Source of the DNA: Candidatus Methylomirabilota bacterium | GTDB lineage: Bacteria > Methylomirabilota > Methylomirabilia > Rokubacteriales > CSP1-6 | Assembly (NCBI GenBank): GCA_046725765.1 | Contig: JBKOZH010000252.1 | Location: 1 to 40,832 of the forward strand | Reading direction: 5' to 3' | Length of the DNA stretch: 40,832 nucleotides | Shown here: positions 28,130 to 38,796 of the stretch, piece after piece | Layout of the letters: every line of letters begins with the position of its first letter | How positions within the stretch are numbered: position 1 is the first letter of the stretch | The notes under the pieces: generated by a model | What the model saw: only the letters and a program-made list of their open reading frames with translations | Told to the model about the DNA's origin: nothing | Database searches by the model: none | Made by a program: the position numbers and the translations under genes

Positions 28130-28206
28130 CTCGTTCCTCCGACGGCCAGTGTAGCCGAGTCGGCCGAATTTCCGCCGTTGTTTCGCCGCGATCGTATCAT
28201 CGGCGC

Positions 28207-29226
28207 ATGTCGAAGATCGACGTCTTCCCCCACATCCTGCCGCGACGCTACTTCGACCGCATGCTCGCCGTCGCGCCGCCGGGCCTGGCGCTGCAGAAGC
28301 GGATGTCCGGCATCCCGGTCCTGGTCGACGTCGATCTGCGCTTTCGCATCATGGATCGCTACGAGGGCTACGTGCAGGTGCTCACGCTGGCGAATCCGCC
28401 GATCGAGGTCGTCGGCGGCCCCGACGTCAGCCCGGATCTCGCGCGCCTGGCCAACGATGAGATGGCCACGCTCGTCGAGCGCCATCCGGACCGCTTCCCG
28501 GCCTTCGTCGCCTCGCTGCCGATGAACCATCCCGATGCGGCGCTGCGCGAAATCGACCGCGCGATCGACACGCTCGGCGCCACTGGCGTGCAGATCTTCT
28601 CGAACGTCGCCGGCCGTCCGCTCGACGGACACGAGTACCGGCCGCTGTTCGCACGGATGGCGGAGAGGGATCTGCCGATCTGGCTGCATCCGGCCCGCCC
28701 GGCAAGCGTGTCCGACTACGCCGGCGAGGCGCGCAGCAAGTACGATCTCTGGTGGGCGTTCGGCTGGCCGTACGAGACGAGCGTCGCGATGGGGCGCCTC
28801 GTGTTCTCCGGGCTGTTCGATCGCCATCCCGAGCTCAAGATCATCACGCATCACATGGGCGCGATGATCCCGTTCTGCGCCGGACGCGTGGGCGGCGGCC
28901 TCGATCAGCTCGGCACGCGCAGTGACGATCCCGACGACGCCGCCGCGCTCGGGCGACTGGCGCGGCGCCCGATCGATTACTTCCGGCTGTTTTACGGCGA
29001 CACGGCGCTGTTCGGCGCCTGGCACGCGATGGAATCAGGCTTGGCGTTCTTCGGTGCCGAGCGCGTCCTGTTTGGGACCGACATGCCGTTCGATCCGGAG
29101 AAGGGCCCCGGCTTCATCCGCGATACGATCGCCGCGATGGAGAAGATGCGCGCGACCGACGCCGAGCGCATCGCCATCTATGAGGGCAACGCGCGGCGGC
29201 TGCTGCGCCTCAAGCGCGTGTCGTGA
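28207..29226 (+). CDS. Amidohydrolase_2 family protein (LigW/ACMSD-like decarboxylase or hydratase)
   Basis: IDVFPH, IWLHP, IITHHMG, FYGDTA, LFGTDMPFD, GNARRLL. Confidence 0.88.
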   Translation: MSKIDVFPHILPRRYFDRMLAVAPPGLALQKRMSGIPVLVDVDLRFRIMDRYEGYVQVLTLANPPIEVVGGPDVSPDLARLANDEMATLVERHPDRFPAFVASLPMNHPDAALREIDRAIDTLGATGVQIFSNVAGRPLDGHEYRPLFARMAERDLPIWLHPARPASVSDYAGEARSKYDLWWAFGWPYETSVAMGRLVFSGLFDRHPELKIITHHMGAMIPFCAGRVGGGLDQLGTRSDDPDDAAALGRLARRPIDYFRLFYGDTALFGAWHAMESGLAFFGAERVLFGTDMPFDPEKGPGFIRDTIAAMEKMRATDAERIAIYEGNARRLLRLKRVS

Positions 29227-29990
29227 ACAGCGGCCAGCTCTACGACACGATCGGCGACGGCTACGATACTCATCGCCGCCCCGATCCGCGTCTGGCCGCC
29301 GCCATCGCCACCGCGCTCGGCACAGCGGCGAACGTCGTCAACGTCGGCGCCGGAGCCGGCTCGTATGAGCCGACGGACCGTCCGGTCGTCGCCGTGGAGC
29401 CGTCGGCGGCGATGCTGCGCCAGCGCCGGCCGGGCGCGGCACCGGCCGCGCAGGCCTCAGCCAACGATCTGCCGTTTCGCGACGCCGCGTTCGCCGCCGC
29501 GCTGGCGATTCTGACGATTCATCACTGGCCTGATCGCGCCCGCGGGCTCGCCGAGATGGCGCGCGTAGCGCGCGAGCGGGTGGTGATCGTCACCTGGGAT
29601 CCCGAGGCGCGCTACGACTTCTGGCTCGTCGACGACTACTTTCCCGAGATTCCCGCGATCGATCGGCACATCTTTCCCACCGTCGGCGATTTTCGCCGCG
29701 CGCTCGGTCCGGTCGACGTGTGGCCGCTGCTGATTCCACACGACTGCGTCGACGGCTTCCTCGGCGCGTACTGGCGCCGGCCCAGCGCGTACCTCGACGC
29801 CGGCGTGCGGCGCGCGATCTCGACGTTCACGAAGGTCGACGACGTCGAGCCGGGCCTGGCGCGCCTGCGCGCCGACCTCGCCGACGGGACGTGGGAGCGC
29901 CGCCACGGCCATCTGCGGACGCGCGAGGCGGTCGATCTGGGATATCGGCTGGTCCTCGCGGAGCGGCACGCGCGCGGCGCGCGCGGCTGA
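29223..29990 (+). CDS. Class I SAM-dependent methyltransferase
   Basis: VNVGAGAG, AVEPS, LPFRDAAF, TIHHWPD; GTGA overlap with the upstream gene. Confidence 0.9.
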   Translation: MNSGQLYDTIGDGYDTHRRPDPRLAAAIATALGTAANVVNVGAGAGSYEPTDRPVVAVEPSAAMLRQRRPGAAPAAQASANDLPFRDAAFAAALAILTIHHWPDRARGLAEMARVARERVVIVTWDPEARYDFWLVDDYFPEIPAIDRHIFPTVGDFRRALGPVDVWPLLIPHDCVDGFLGAYWRRPSAYLDAGVRRAISTFTKVDDVEPGLARLRADLADGTWERRHGHLRTREAVDLGYRLVLAERHARGARG

Positions 29991-30070
29991 CGCTGCCCAA
30001 GAAGCGAGCAGCCCGCTGACGGTGCCGCGAGACGCCGAAATCTGCTGACGGCGCCGCTACACTGAGCGCC

Positions 30071-30961
30071 GTGGGCGATCCGACCCGCATCGAGTGGACA
30101 CGTTATCGCAGCGCCGGCCCTGAGGTCGGCACGCCCGACCCCGAGCGCTGGGCCGCCCTCGGATTCCCCGCGCCGCCGCCCGATCGGCCGTGGATCTTCG
30201 GTGTGGTCGTCACCTCCGCGAACGGTGTCGTCGCCTGGCGGCGCCGCGACGCGCGGGACGATCCCGTGCGCGAGATCCTCGGGGGCGACACGCGGCTGGA
30301 TCGGGTCGCCGACCGCCGGCTCATGCGCTATCTAAGAACGATAGGTGACGTCGGCGTCGGCGCGCAGACCGTGCGCGAGCAGGGGAGCCTGGTGCTCACG
30401 CCGCAGGAGCCGGCCGACGAGCGGGCGCCCGAGCTGTACGCGTTCCGGCTGGCGCGCGGGCTGTCCCACCATCCGCGCAACATCATCTATTCGCTCTACG
30501 GACGCGTGCCGCCCGAGCATCCGATGCTCACCACGCCGGGGCTGACGCCGATCATCCTCACCACGCCGCTCGGCCGTCTCGAGCTGGAGCGGCGCGGCAT
30601 TCACGACGCGGCGATCATCGTGGAGCCGCTGCTCGAGCCCGGAGGACTCTCGCGTGCCCACGCGCGGCTGCGTGTCGAGCACGGCGTGCGATACCTCGCG
30701 TGCGAGGGCGGGCAGACCGTGCTCGGCGCGCTGCGCCGGGCCCGGCTGCTCGACGAGATGTTCGTGACCACCACCGACGTCCTCGTCGACCGGGCCGCGC
30801 ACGACGGCGTGATCACGACGTTCGACTTCGGCGCCGAGCGTGCGACGCTCGTCGCCGAGGGGCGGCTGGAGCCGCACGGCGTCTATATCTTCAGGCGCTG
30901 GCGGTTCGGCGCAGCCGGCGAAAGCGGCGGATCAGGGCGTTGGTGGACGAGTCGTGGCTGA
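30071..30961 (+). CDS. RibD C-terminal / DHFR-fold reductase-like protein
   Basis: RPWI...[33 protein letters not shown]. Confidence 0.75.
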   Translation: MGDPTRIEWTRYRSAGPEVGTPDPERWAALGFPAPPPDRPWIFGVVVTSANGVVAWRRRDARDDPVREILGGDTRLDRVADRRLMRYLRTIGDVGVGAQTVREQGSLVLTPQEPADERAPELYAFRLARGLSHHPRNIIYSLYGRVPPEHPMLTTPGLTPIILTTPLGRLELERRGIHDAAIIVEPLLEPGGLSRAHARLRVEHGVRYLACEGGQTVLGALRRARLLDEMFVTTTDVLVDRAAHDGVITTFDFGAERATLVAEGRLEPHGVYIFRRWRFGAAGESGGSGRWWTSRG

Positions 30962-32534
30962 GCGCCGGCTCGTCGTGCGCGGTCAGCTCGGCCGCGATAC
31001 GCGTCGCGAGCGCTTTGCCGAGCTCGACGCCCCACTGGTCGAACGAGTTGATCCGCCAGATGGTGCCCTGCACGAACACCTTGTGCTCGTAGAGCGCGAC
31101 GAGCGCGCCGAGCACGGCCGGCGTGAGCTGCTCGGCGAGGATCGTGTTCGTCGGACGGTTGCCCTCGAACGTGCGATGCGGCACGAGCCATCCCGGCACG
31201 CCCTCGGCGGCCACCTGCTCCGCGGTCTTGCCGAAGGCCAGCGCCTCCGTCTGGGCGAAGAGGTTCGCCACCAGCAGCGCGTGGTGCTCGTCGAGGTCGT
31301 CGACGGGCTGCAGAAAGCCGATGAAGTCGCCTGGGATCAGCTTGGTGCCCTGGTGCAGGAGCTGGAAATACGCGTGCTGCCCATTCGTTCCTGGCTGGCC
31401 CCATACGACGGGCCCCGTCTGATACTCGACCGCGCGACCGTCGAGATCGACGTGCTTGCCATTGGACTCCATGTCGAGCTGCTGCAGATACGCGGGAAAG
31501 TGACCGAGGTCGTGGCTGTACGGCAACAACGCGAGCGTCTCGGCACCGAAGAAGTCGTCGTACCAGAGTCCGAGCATCGCCATCAGCACGGGCAGGTTGG
31601 CTTCGAGCGGCGCGGTGCGGACGTGCTCATCCATCGCGTGCGCGCCGCTGAGCAGCTCACGGAAACGCTCGGGACCAACGGCGATCATGACCGAGAGCCC
31701 GATGGCCGACCAGACCGAGTAGCGTCCGCCGACCCAGTCCCAAAACGGAAACATGTTGGCGGGATCGATGCCGAATCGGCGAACCTCCGCCTCGGCAGTC
31801 GACACGGCCACGAAGTGCTTGGCCACGGCGCGCTCGTCGCGAAGCGCCTGCAGGCACCACGCGCGCGCGGTGCGCGCATTGGTCAGCGTCTCGAGCGTCG
31901 TGAAGGTCTTCGACGCGACGACGAACAGGGTCTCGGCGGGATCCAGGTCGTGCGTCGACGCGACGAAGTCGGCGCCGTCCACGTTGGAGACGAATCGCAG
32001 CGTCAGTCGCGGGTCGCGATACGCGCGCAGCGCCGCGGTGACCATGACCGGCCCAAGGTCCGAGCCGCCGATGCCGATGTTGACGATGTTCCGAATCGGG
32101 CGCCCGGTGAAGCCGATCCACGCGCCCTCACGCACGCGGCGCGCGAAGTCCGCCATGCGGTCGAGCACCGCGTGCACGCGCGGCACGACGTCCTCGCCGT
32201 CCACGACGATGCGCGTGCCGCGCGGTGCGCGCAGCGCCACGTGCAGCACCGCGCGCCGCTCGGTGACGTTGAGCGTGTCGCCGGCGAACATTGCGGCGAT
32301 GCGCGCGCGCACGTCGCACGCGCGCGCCAGGGCCAGCAGCAGGCCGAGCGTCTCGTCGGTCACGCGCTGCTTGGAGTAGTCCAGATAGAGACCGGCCGCC
32401 TCGGCCACCATGCGCTCGCCGCGCGCGGGATCCTTGGCGAACAGCTCGCGCAGATGGACGCCGCGCATGGCCTCGTAATGAGACGCGAGCGCCTTCCACT
32501 CGGGACGGCTGGTGAGCGGCGGGGCAGTGGTCAC
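30891..32534 (-). CDS. pgi: Glucose-6-phosphate isomerase
   Basis: [52 protein letters not shown]; GTG 32534 overlaps the rpiA stop. Confidence 0.97.
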   Translation of the reverse strand: MTTAPPLTSRPEWKALASHYEAMRGVHLRELFAKDPARGERMVAEAAGLYLDYSKQRVTDETLGLLLALARACDVRARIAAMFAGDTLNVTERRAVLHVALRAPRGTRIVVDGEDVVPRVHAVLDRMADFARRVREGAWIGFTGRPIRNIVNIGIGGSDLGPVMVTAALRAYRDPRLTLRFVSNVDGADFVASTHDLDPAETLFVVASKTFTTLETLTNARTARAWCLQALRDERAVAKHFVAVSTAEAEVRRFGIDPANMFPFWDWVGGRYSVWSAIGLSVMIAVGPERFRELLSGAHAMDEHVRTAPLEANLPVLMAMLGLWYDDFFGAETLALLPYSHDLGHFPAYLQQLDMESNGKHVDLDGRAVEYQTGPVVWGQPGTNGQHAYFQLLHQGTKLIPGDFIGFLQPVDDLDEHHALLVANLFAQTEALAFGKTAEQVAAEGVPGWLVPHRTFEGNRPTNTILAEQLTPAVLGALVALYEHKVFVQGTIWRINSFDQWGVELGKALATRIAAELTAHDEPALSHDSSTNALIRRFRRLRRTASA

Positions 32535-33235
32535 GTGCGGCCCTCCGTGGGCAGCATGCGGCAGCGCGTGCCGTCCCACACGAGCACAGTTGGTGCGAAG
32601 CCGATGAACAGGCCCGTCGCGATCACCCCGGGAATCGCGCGCAGCGCGGCGTCGAGCTCGGCCGGCGCGGGGAGCGGGCCAATGCGGCAGTCGAGGAGCA
32701 GATTGCCGTTGTCGGTGACGACCGGGCGGCCGTCGGCGACGCGCAGGTCCGCCGGATGGCCGAGCGCCTCGATGCGCCGGCGGCACAACGCCGCCGCGAA
32801 CGGCACCACCTCCACCGGCAGCCTCCCGCGGCTACCCAGGCGCGGGACCAGCTTATCGGCGCCGACCAAAACGACGAAGCGCCGCGCGAGCGTGGCCACG
32901 ACCCTTTCGCGCAGGTGCGCGCCGCCGTAACCCTTGATGAGGTCCCCGCGCGGGTCGACCTCGTCGGCGCCGTCCACCGCGACGTCGATCGCTTCGACCT
33001 CGTCGGGCGTGACCAGCTTGATTCCGAGCCCGCGCGCGAGCGCCGAGGTCGCCTCGGACGTAGGGACGCCGCGGACGTCGAGCCCGGCGGCGACGCGCTC
33101 GCCGAGCGTGCGCACGAACGCGCTCGCGGCGTGACCGGTGCCGAGGCCGACCACCTGGCCGCCGGCGACGTGGCGCAGCGCTTCGGCGGCCAGCGCGGCC
33201 GCGCCGGCGTCGGTGAGGTGCGCGTCGGGGGACAT
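32531..33235 (-). CDS. rpiA: Ribose-5-phosphate isomerase A
   Basis: GLGTG, VPTS, DGADE, IKGYGGA, PVEVVPF, TDNGN. Confidence 0.95.
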   Translation of the reverse strand: MSPDAHLTDAGAAALAAEALRHVAGGQVVGLGTGHAASAFVRTLGERVAAGLDVRGVPTSEATSALARGLGIKLVTPDEVEAIDVAVDGADEVDPRGDLIKGYGGAHLRERVVATLARRFVVLVGADKLVPRLGSRGRLPVEVVPFAAALCRRRIEALGHPADLRVADGRPVVTDNGNLLLDCRIGPLPAPAELDAALRAIPGVIATGLFIGFAPTVLVWDGTRCRMLPTEGRT

Positions 33236-33310
33236 GCGCCGTCAGCATCCCTCAGCCGACGCCTGCCGTCCAGTGCGTGAGGCCCCCTCCGAAGTACTAA
33301 AATCCGCGGC

Positions 33311-34270
33311 GTGAGCGCGGAGGCACAGGATCCGATCGAGGAGCTGTTCGCGCGTGGCGTGACCGACGGCCTGCCCGTCGTGCCGCCGACGGTCGAGCGC
33401 GTGCGCGCCGCCGTGGCCGCGAGCGGACGGCGCGGCGACGAGCTCATCGGTCTGGTCGCGCCCGCCAACGGCCGCGCGACGGTGGAGCGCGTCGCCGTTA
33501 ACGCCGTGATGGCGGGGTGTCGTCCCGACTACGTTCCGGCGGTGCTCGCCGCCGTCGAGGCGATCTGCGATCCCGATTTCGCGCTGGTCGGTGTCTCCGG
33601 CACGACCGACGCGGTGACACCCCTCGTGATCGTCAACGGCCCGATTCGGCGCGCGCTGGAGATCAACTGCGCGGCGTCCGTCTTCGGCGCCGGCTTTCGC
33701 GCCAACGCGACGATCGGCCGCGCCGTGCGACTCGTCTGGGTCAACGTGGGCGGCGCCCGGCCCGGCGTCATCAGCATGTCGACGTTCGGACAGCCCGGCC
33801 GCTATTCGTATTGCATCGGCGAGCACGAGGAGGCCAGTCCGTGGCCGTCGCTTGCCGTCGAGCACGGCTTCGCGGCCGGCGACAGCACGGTGGCCGTCAT
33901 GGCCGCCGAAGCGCCGCAAGTCGTCGTCAACGCCGCGGGGCGCAGCGCGCGCGAGATCCTCTCGACGGTGGCGCGCGCCGGCGTGGTGATCGCGAGTCCC
34001 GACGTGGCGCCGCTCGGGGACACCCTTCTGGTCATCGGGCCGGAGCACGCCGCGACGATCGCAGGCGATGGCTGGTCGAAGGCCGACGTGCGCCGCTTCG
34101 TGTTCGACGAGTGCCGGGTCAGCATCGACGGCGCGCGCGCCCCGAAGTTCAGCGATCCCGAGCGGCTGCACATCGTGGTGGCCGGGGGCACGGCCGGCCG
34201 CTTCTCCGCGTGGGTGCCCGGCTGGCCGTTTCGCGGCGCGCCGTCCCGGCTGGTGCTCCGCCGCGTGTGA
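33311..34270 (+). CDS. Conserved hypothetical 'TDGLPVVPPT' protein (family often linked to UGSC/thioredoxin-like genes)
   Basis: TDGLPVVPPT.ERV, TVERVAVNAVMAGC.P.Y, FRANATIGRA, GQPGRY, WSKADV, IVVAGG. Confidence 0.75.
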   Translation: MSAEAQDPIEELFARGVTDGLPVVPPTVERVRAAVAASGRRGDELIGLVAPANGRATVERVAVNAVMAGCRPDYVPAVLAAVEAICDPDFALVGVSGTTDAVTPLVIVNGPIRRALEINCAASVFGAGFRANATIGRAVRLVWVNVGGARPGVISMSTFGQPGRYSYCIGEHEEASPWPSLAVEHGFAAGDSTVAVMAAEAPQVVVNAAGRSAREILSTVARAGVVIASPDVAPLGDTLLVIGPEHAATIAGDGWSKADVRRFVFDECRVSIDGARAPKFSDPERLHIVVAGGTAGRFSAWVPGWPFRGAPSRLVLRRV

Positions 34271-34288
34271 GAGAATCCGGCTCCGCCC

Positions 34289-35026
34289 ATGCCTGTCCTG
34301 CTCGAGATCCGAGGCCTCGCCAAGCGCTTCGGCGGGGTGATCGCCGTGAACGATCTCGACCTCAGCATCGACGCCGGCGAAGTGCGCGGCCTCATCGGTC
34401 CGAACGGCTCGGGCAAGACCACGACGATCAACCTGATCTCTGCTCTTTACCGACCGGACCGCGGTGAGATCCGTCTGGCCGGTGAGCGCCTCGAGCGCTT
34501 GCGCCCGCACGAGATCGCCGCACGCGGCGTGGCGCGCACCTTTCAGATCTCGAAGCTGTTCGCCAACATGACGGTGTTGGAAAACGTCCTCGTGCCGGCG
34601 CTCGCCGAGCTCGACCGGCGCCACACGCGACGCGCGCAGGCGGAGGTGCACGACCGCGCGCGGCACCTGCTGAACTTGGTCTTGCTCGACCGGCACCGCG
34701 ATGCGCTCGCCAAAGAGTTGTCGGGCGGGCAGGCGATGCTGCTGCAGATCGCGCGCGGGTTGATGCTGCAGCCGATCCGGCTGTTCCTGATGGACGAGCC
34801 GTTTGCGGGCGTGCACCCGACCATCAAGGACACCATCATGGAGACGATCCTCGAGGCCAACCGCCGCGAGGGCGTGACGTTCCTGATCGTGTCGCACGAG
34901 ATGGCCACGCTGCGGCGGCTCGCGTCGCGCGTGTCGGTGATGCACGAGGGCCGCATGATCGCCGAAGGCTCGTTCGAGACCGTCGCGAACCAGCCGGCCG
35001 TGCTGGAAGCGTACCTCGGAGGCTGA
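34289..35026 (+). CDS. Branched-chain amino acid-type ABC ATPase (LivG-like)
   Basis: GPNGSGKT, ARTFQ, LSGGQ, LMDEP, EAYLG. Confidence 0.92.
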   Translation: MPVLLEIRGLAKRFGGVIAVNDLDLSIDAGEVRGLIGPNGSGKTTTINLISALYRPDRGEIRLAGERLERLRPHEIAARGVARTFQISKLFANMTVLENVLVPALAELDRRHTRRAQAEVHDRARHLLNLVLLDRHRDALAKELSGGQAMLLQIARGLMLQPIRLFLMDEPFAGVHPTIKDTIMETILEANRREGVTFLIVSHEMATLRRLASRVSVMHEGRMIAEGSFETVANQPAVLEAYLGG

Positions 35027-35749
35027 ATGGCGTTCCTCGACGTGCACGACGTCGTCGCCGGTTACCTCGAGGGCATCGACGTGCTCACGGGCGTGTCGCT
35101 GGCCGTCGAGCGCGGCAGCATCACGGGCATCATCGGGGCGAACGGCGCAGGGAAGTCGACGCTGCTCAAGACCATCTTCGGCTTCCTACATCCGCGGCGC
35201 GGACGGATCGTGCTCGACGGCCGCGAGATCCACGGGCTGCCGCCGCACGCGGTGAAGCGTCTGGGCGTCAGTTACGTCGCGCAGGGAGCGAGCGTGTTTC
35301 CCCAGCTCACGGTGCAGGAGAACCTGGCGCTCGGCGCGTGGGTGTTCCGGCGCGATCGCGCGCGCCTGGCGGCGATGCTCGAGCGGGCGTGGTCAGCGTT
35401 TCCGCGACTGCGCGAAAAGCGGCGTTCCCGCGCCACCACGCTCTCCGGCGGCGAGGCGAAAATGCTGTCGCTGGCCAAGGAGGTGGTCACCGAGCCGCGA
35501 TTGTTGCTCGTCGACGAGCCGTCGGCCGGGCTGTCGCCAAAGATCACCGAGCAGGTCTACACGCGGCTGCTGCAGGCGCGTGAGGCGGGCGCGACCATCC
35601 TGCTCGTCGACCAGAACATCGCCAAGGCGATCGCCGTCAGCGACTACCTCTATATGATCGAGATGGGCCGCGTGCGCCATCACGGGCCGCGCGCCGTCTT
35701 CGCCGAGCAGGTCCGCGACCTCGTGCGCGATGCCCTCTTGGGCGTTTGA
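35027..35749 (+). CDS. Branched-chain amino acid-type ABC ATPase (LivF-like)
   Basis: GANGAGKS, LTVQENL, LSGGE, LVDEPSAGLSP. Confidence 0.92.
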   Translation: MAFLDVHDVVAGYLEGIDVLTGVSLAVERGSITGIIGANGAGKSTLLKTIFGFLHPRRGRIVLDGREIHGLPPHAVKRLGVSYVAQGASVFPQLTVQENLALGAWVFRRDRARLAAMLERAWSAFPRLREKRRSRATTLSGGEAKMLSLAKEVVTEPRLLLVDEPSAGLSPKITEQVYTRLLQAREAGATILLVDQNIAKAIAVSDYLYMIEMGRVRHHGPRAVFAEQVRDLVRDALLGV

Positions 35750-36677
35750 CCGGAACTCGGTCGCGTACCGCGTCGGCCTCGCCGTGGCCGTCTACGCGGC
35801 GCTCGCGTGGCTGCCGTGGGCGGTCTCGGAGTACCACCTGCACGTCCTCGTCACCAGCTTTTACTACGTGGTGCTCGCGATCGGCTGGAACCTGCTCGCC
35901 GGCTACACGGGCCAGTTCTCGCTCGCCCATCACACGTTCGCCGGCGTCGGCGCCTACACCTCAGCACTGCTCGTGGTCCACGCGAAGGTGCCGATCGTCG
36001 TCGGCGTCGTCGCCGGCGTGGCGGTCGCGGCGCTCCTCGGGTGGGGCCTCGGCACGCTGTGCCTGCGGATGCGCGCGATCTATCTGGCGCTCGCGACGTG
36101 GGCGTTCGCCGAGTCGGTGCGGCTGCTCGTCGCCGTCGAGTATCAGATCACACGCGGTGATCTCGGCCTGATGACGCCGTTCCTCTTCGGCACGCCGCGG
36201 CCGACACCGCACTACTTCCTGTTCCTCGGCCTCGCTCTTGCGGCGATCCTGGCGGCCTGGCAGCTCGTGCACTCGCGCGTCGGCGTCTACCTGCGCGCAA
36301 TCCGCGACGACGAGGAGGCGGCGGCCGTGATGGGCGTGGACACGTTCAAGTGGAAGCGAGTCGTGTTCGCGGTGTCCGCCGTCTTCGCGGCCGTCGCCGG
36401 CGGCTTCCAGGGCCACTACGTCGGGCTGCTGTCGCCCACGCCGATGAAGTTCAACGAGATTGCCATCATCGTCATCATGGTCATCCTCGGCGGCCTTCGG
36501 ACGTTCTGGGGCCCGGTGGTGGGGGCCGTCTTCGTCGAGGTGCTGTCGGAGGCGCTGCGTCCCTGGGGCGAAACGCGCATGGTGCTTTTCGCCCTCCTCG
36601 TGATCCTGGTCGCGCGCGCGTATCCGGCCGGGCTCGTCGGCCTCGGCGCGGCGCTGCGTCGGCGGCTCGGGCGTTAA
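35730..36677 (+). CDS. Branched-chain amino acid-type ABC permease (LivM-like)
   Basis: WNLLAGYTGQFSLAH, YLALAT, AIRDDEEAA..MGV, MVILGG. Confidence 0.92.
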   Translation: MPSWAFDRNSVAYRVGLAVAVYAALAWLPWAVSEYHLHVLVTSFYYVVLAIGWNLLAGYTGQFSLAHHTFAGVGAYTSALLVVHAKVPIVVGVVAGVAVAALLGWGLGTLCLRMRAIYLALATWAFAESVRLLVAVEYQITRGDLGLMTPFLFGTPRPTPHYFLFLGLALAAILAAWQLVHSRVGVYLRAIRDDEEAAAVMGVDTFKWKRVVFAVSAVFAAVAGGFQGHYVGLLSPTPMKFNEIAIIVIMVILGGLRTFWGPVVGAVFVEVLSEALRPWGETRMVLFALLVILVARAYPAGLVGLGAALRRRLGR

Positions 36678-37564
36678 ACCGTCCGCTCGCGCTCGCCGAA
36701 GAGCCCGGTCGGCCGCACGACGAGCACGAGGATCAGCAGGACGAAGCCGTAGAGGTCGCGGTACGCGGAGGAAATGAACACGGCGCCGAGCGCCTCCAGC
36801 ACGCCGAGCAACAGCCCGCCCACGACGCTGCCCGCGATGGAGCCGAGGCCGCCGATGACGATGATCTCGAAGCCCTTGAAGGTCGAGATCGCGCCGTTCT
36901 CGGGATAGACGAGGAAGTCGGGGGCTAGGAGCGCGCCCGCGGCGGCGGCCAGCGCGACGCCGACGCCGAACGCGATCATGTCGAGCCGCAGCACGTCGAT
37001 GCCGGCCGTCTGGATGCCCACGCGGTTCTGCGCCGCGCCGCGCAGCGCGCGACCGATCGCCGTGTGCTTGACGACGAGATAGAAGAGGCCGAGCAGCACG
37101 AGCGTAGCGATGAGCGCCACAAAGCGGTTGCCCGAGATCGGCAGCGTGCCGAGGCGCGTCGGTGACGCGTAGTCGCCCGGCGCGTACTGGTTGGGACCGC
37201 CCAGCACGATGGCGAGATTTCGAAAGAACACCATCAGCGCGATGGTCACGATCGTCGCGTACTCGTCGCGCCGCTCGATCACGCCGACGAACATCGGGCG
37301 CAGCAGCAGCCGCTGGATGATCAGCCCGAGCACGAACACCGCGCCCATCGTCAGCGGCAAGGCCAGCCACCAGCGCCGCGGCCCGAGCAGGCTCGCGATG
37401 AGCGCGTACTGCACGTAGCTGCCGATCATGTAGAACTCGCCCATCCCCCAGTTGATCATCTTCATGATTCCGTAGATGAACGTGATGCCCAGCGCCATGA
37501 GGCTGTAGAGCAGCCCGATCACGACGCCGGACAGCACGTACTGGGAGACGAGGACCGCGTCCAC
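36674..37564 (-). CDS. Branched-chain amino acid-type ABC permease (LivH-like)
   Basis: GLLYSLMALG.TFIYG.M..INW..GE, GRALRG..QN, IVIGGLGS, RPTGLFG. Confidence 0.92.
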   Translation of the reverse strand: MDAVLVSQYVLSGVVIGLLYSLMALGITFIYGIMKMINWGMGEFYMIGSYVQYALIASLLGPRRWWLALPLTMGAVFVLGLIIQRLLLRPMFVGVIERRDEYATIVTIALMVFFRNLAIVLGGPNQYAPGDYASPTRLGTLPISGNRFVALIATLVLLGLFYLVVKHTAIGRALRGAAQNRVGIQTAGIDVLRLDMIAFGVGVALAAAAGALLAPDFLVYPENGAISTFKGFEIIVIGGLGSIAGSVVGGLLLGVLEALGAVFISSAYRDLYGFVLLILVLVVRPTGLFGERERTV

Positions 37565-37570
37565 CGTGCG

Positions 37571-38779
37571 CTACTTCGGCTGGGCCACCCACTCGCCGTT
37601 CTTGAAGTCGGCCGGCGCCACGATCTTGGCCTCGGCGAACGGCTGCTCCACCTTCGTGTACTGGATCATCAGCATCGGCGGCGACCAGTGCTGCCAATAC
37701 GGGCCTTCGCCGCGGGGGAAGGTGATGGTGCCGTTCCAGCCCTCGAACTTACCCGCGAGCAGCGCCTTCACCACGTCGTCGGTGCGGTCGCTCTTCGCCA
37801 TGTTCACCGCATCGGCCACGAGCGCGACCTGCGCGTAGGCGTTCAGCGCGGCGTAGACCGGCTCCTCCTTGAACTCGGCCATGTAGCGCTTGCGGAAGGC
37901 CTCGCCACGCGGCGGGAGCTTCATCGTCGGATGGTAGTACGCGAAAAAGGTCACCCAGTTGCCCTTGTCGCCGACGGTCTTCCAGTACTCCGGACGCACC
38001 GGCGCGTCGTAGGTGATCAGCATCGGTGTCGCCGGAGACAGCCCGATGTCATACGCCTGCTTGATCGTGAGGTACACCGGCGTGCCGATACCGCCGTTGA
38101 TGAAGAGGTCCGGCTTCCAGTTCTTGATCTCGAGCAGCTGCGGCGTGAGGTCGACGGCCGTGCGGTCGAACATCACGGTCTTGAGCTCGGCCTTCACGTC
38201 CATCGTCTTGAACTGCTTCTTCGTCTCCTCCACGAGCCCGACGCCGTAGTCGGTGTTCTCGGCCGTCATCGCCACGCGCTTGAAGCCGCGCTCCTTGATC
38301 CAGCGGTTCCAGATGGTCACGCGATCGGCGTCGATGACGTGGGTACGGAAGGTGTAGTTCAGATGGCGCTCGGTGATCTCGCGCGCCGAGGCCTGCGTCG
38401 CAAACACGGGAACCTTGAATTGCTCGGCCACCTGCTGCACCGCGGTCATCACCGAGCTGTGGAACTGCCCGACCACGGCTACCACCTGATCCTGCGACGC
38501 GAGCTTGCGCAGACCGGCGACGCCCTTCTCGGGCGTGCCGCCGTCGTCCTCGATGACCGCCTCGATCTTGCGGCCGCCGAGCACGCCGCCGCGCCCGTTG
38601 ACGTCCTCGACCGCGATCTTCGCGCCCCGCACGATGAACTGCCCCGCGACGGCGTCGCCGGGCGGCGACAGCGGGGTCAGCACGCCGATCTTCACGGGCT
38701 TCTGCGCCAGCGCCGCGCCGGCGAGCCCGGAGGCCGCGAGCGCGACAATGACGACGCCGATCCACAATCGTCGGTTCAT
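37571..38779 (-). CDS. ABC substrate-binding protein (LivK/Peripla_BP_6-like)
   Basis: Signal peptide ALA|Q, VKIGVL.PLS, NGRGGVLGGRKIE...EDD, YTFR, ENTDYG; GGAGG RBS before ATG 38779. Confidence 0.92.
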   Translation of the reverse strand: MNRRLWIGVVIVALAASGLAGAALAQKPVKIGVLTPLSPPGDAVAGQFIVRGAKIAVEDVNGRGGVLGGRKIEAVIEDDGGTPEKGVAGLRKLASQDQVVAVVGQFHSSVMTAVQQVAEQFKVPVFATQASAREITERHLNYTFRTHVIDADRVTIWNRWIKERGFKRVAMTAENTDYGVGLVEETKKQFKTMDVKAELKTVMFDRTAVDLTPQLLEIKNWKPDLFINGGIGTPVYLTIKQAYDIGLSPATPMLITYDAPVRPEYWKTVGDKGNWVTFFAYYHPTMKLPPRGEAFRKRYMAEFKEEPVYAALNAYAQVALVADAVNMAKSDRTDDVVKALLAGKFEGWNGTITFPRGEGPYWQHWSPPMLMIQYTKVEQPFAEAKIVAPADFKNGEWVAQPK

Positions 38780-38796
38780 CCGTGTCCTCCCTCGAG

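Noticed and set aside
33236-33310. Hidden UGSC selenoprotein next to the TDGLP gene
   Set aside because: Only ~75 bp of intergenic space and no matching frame seen on either side
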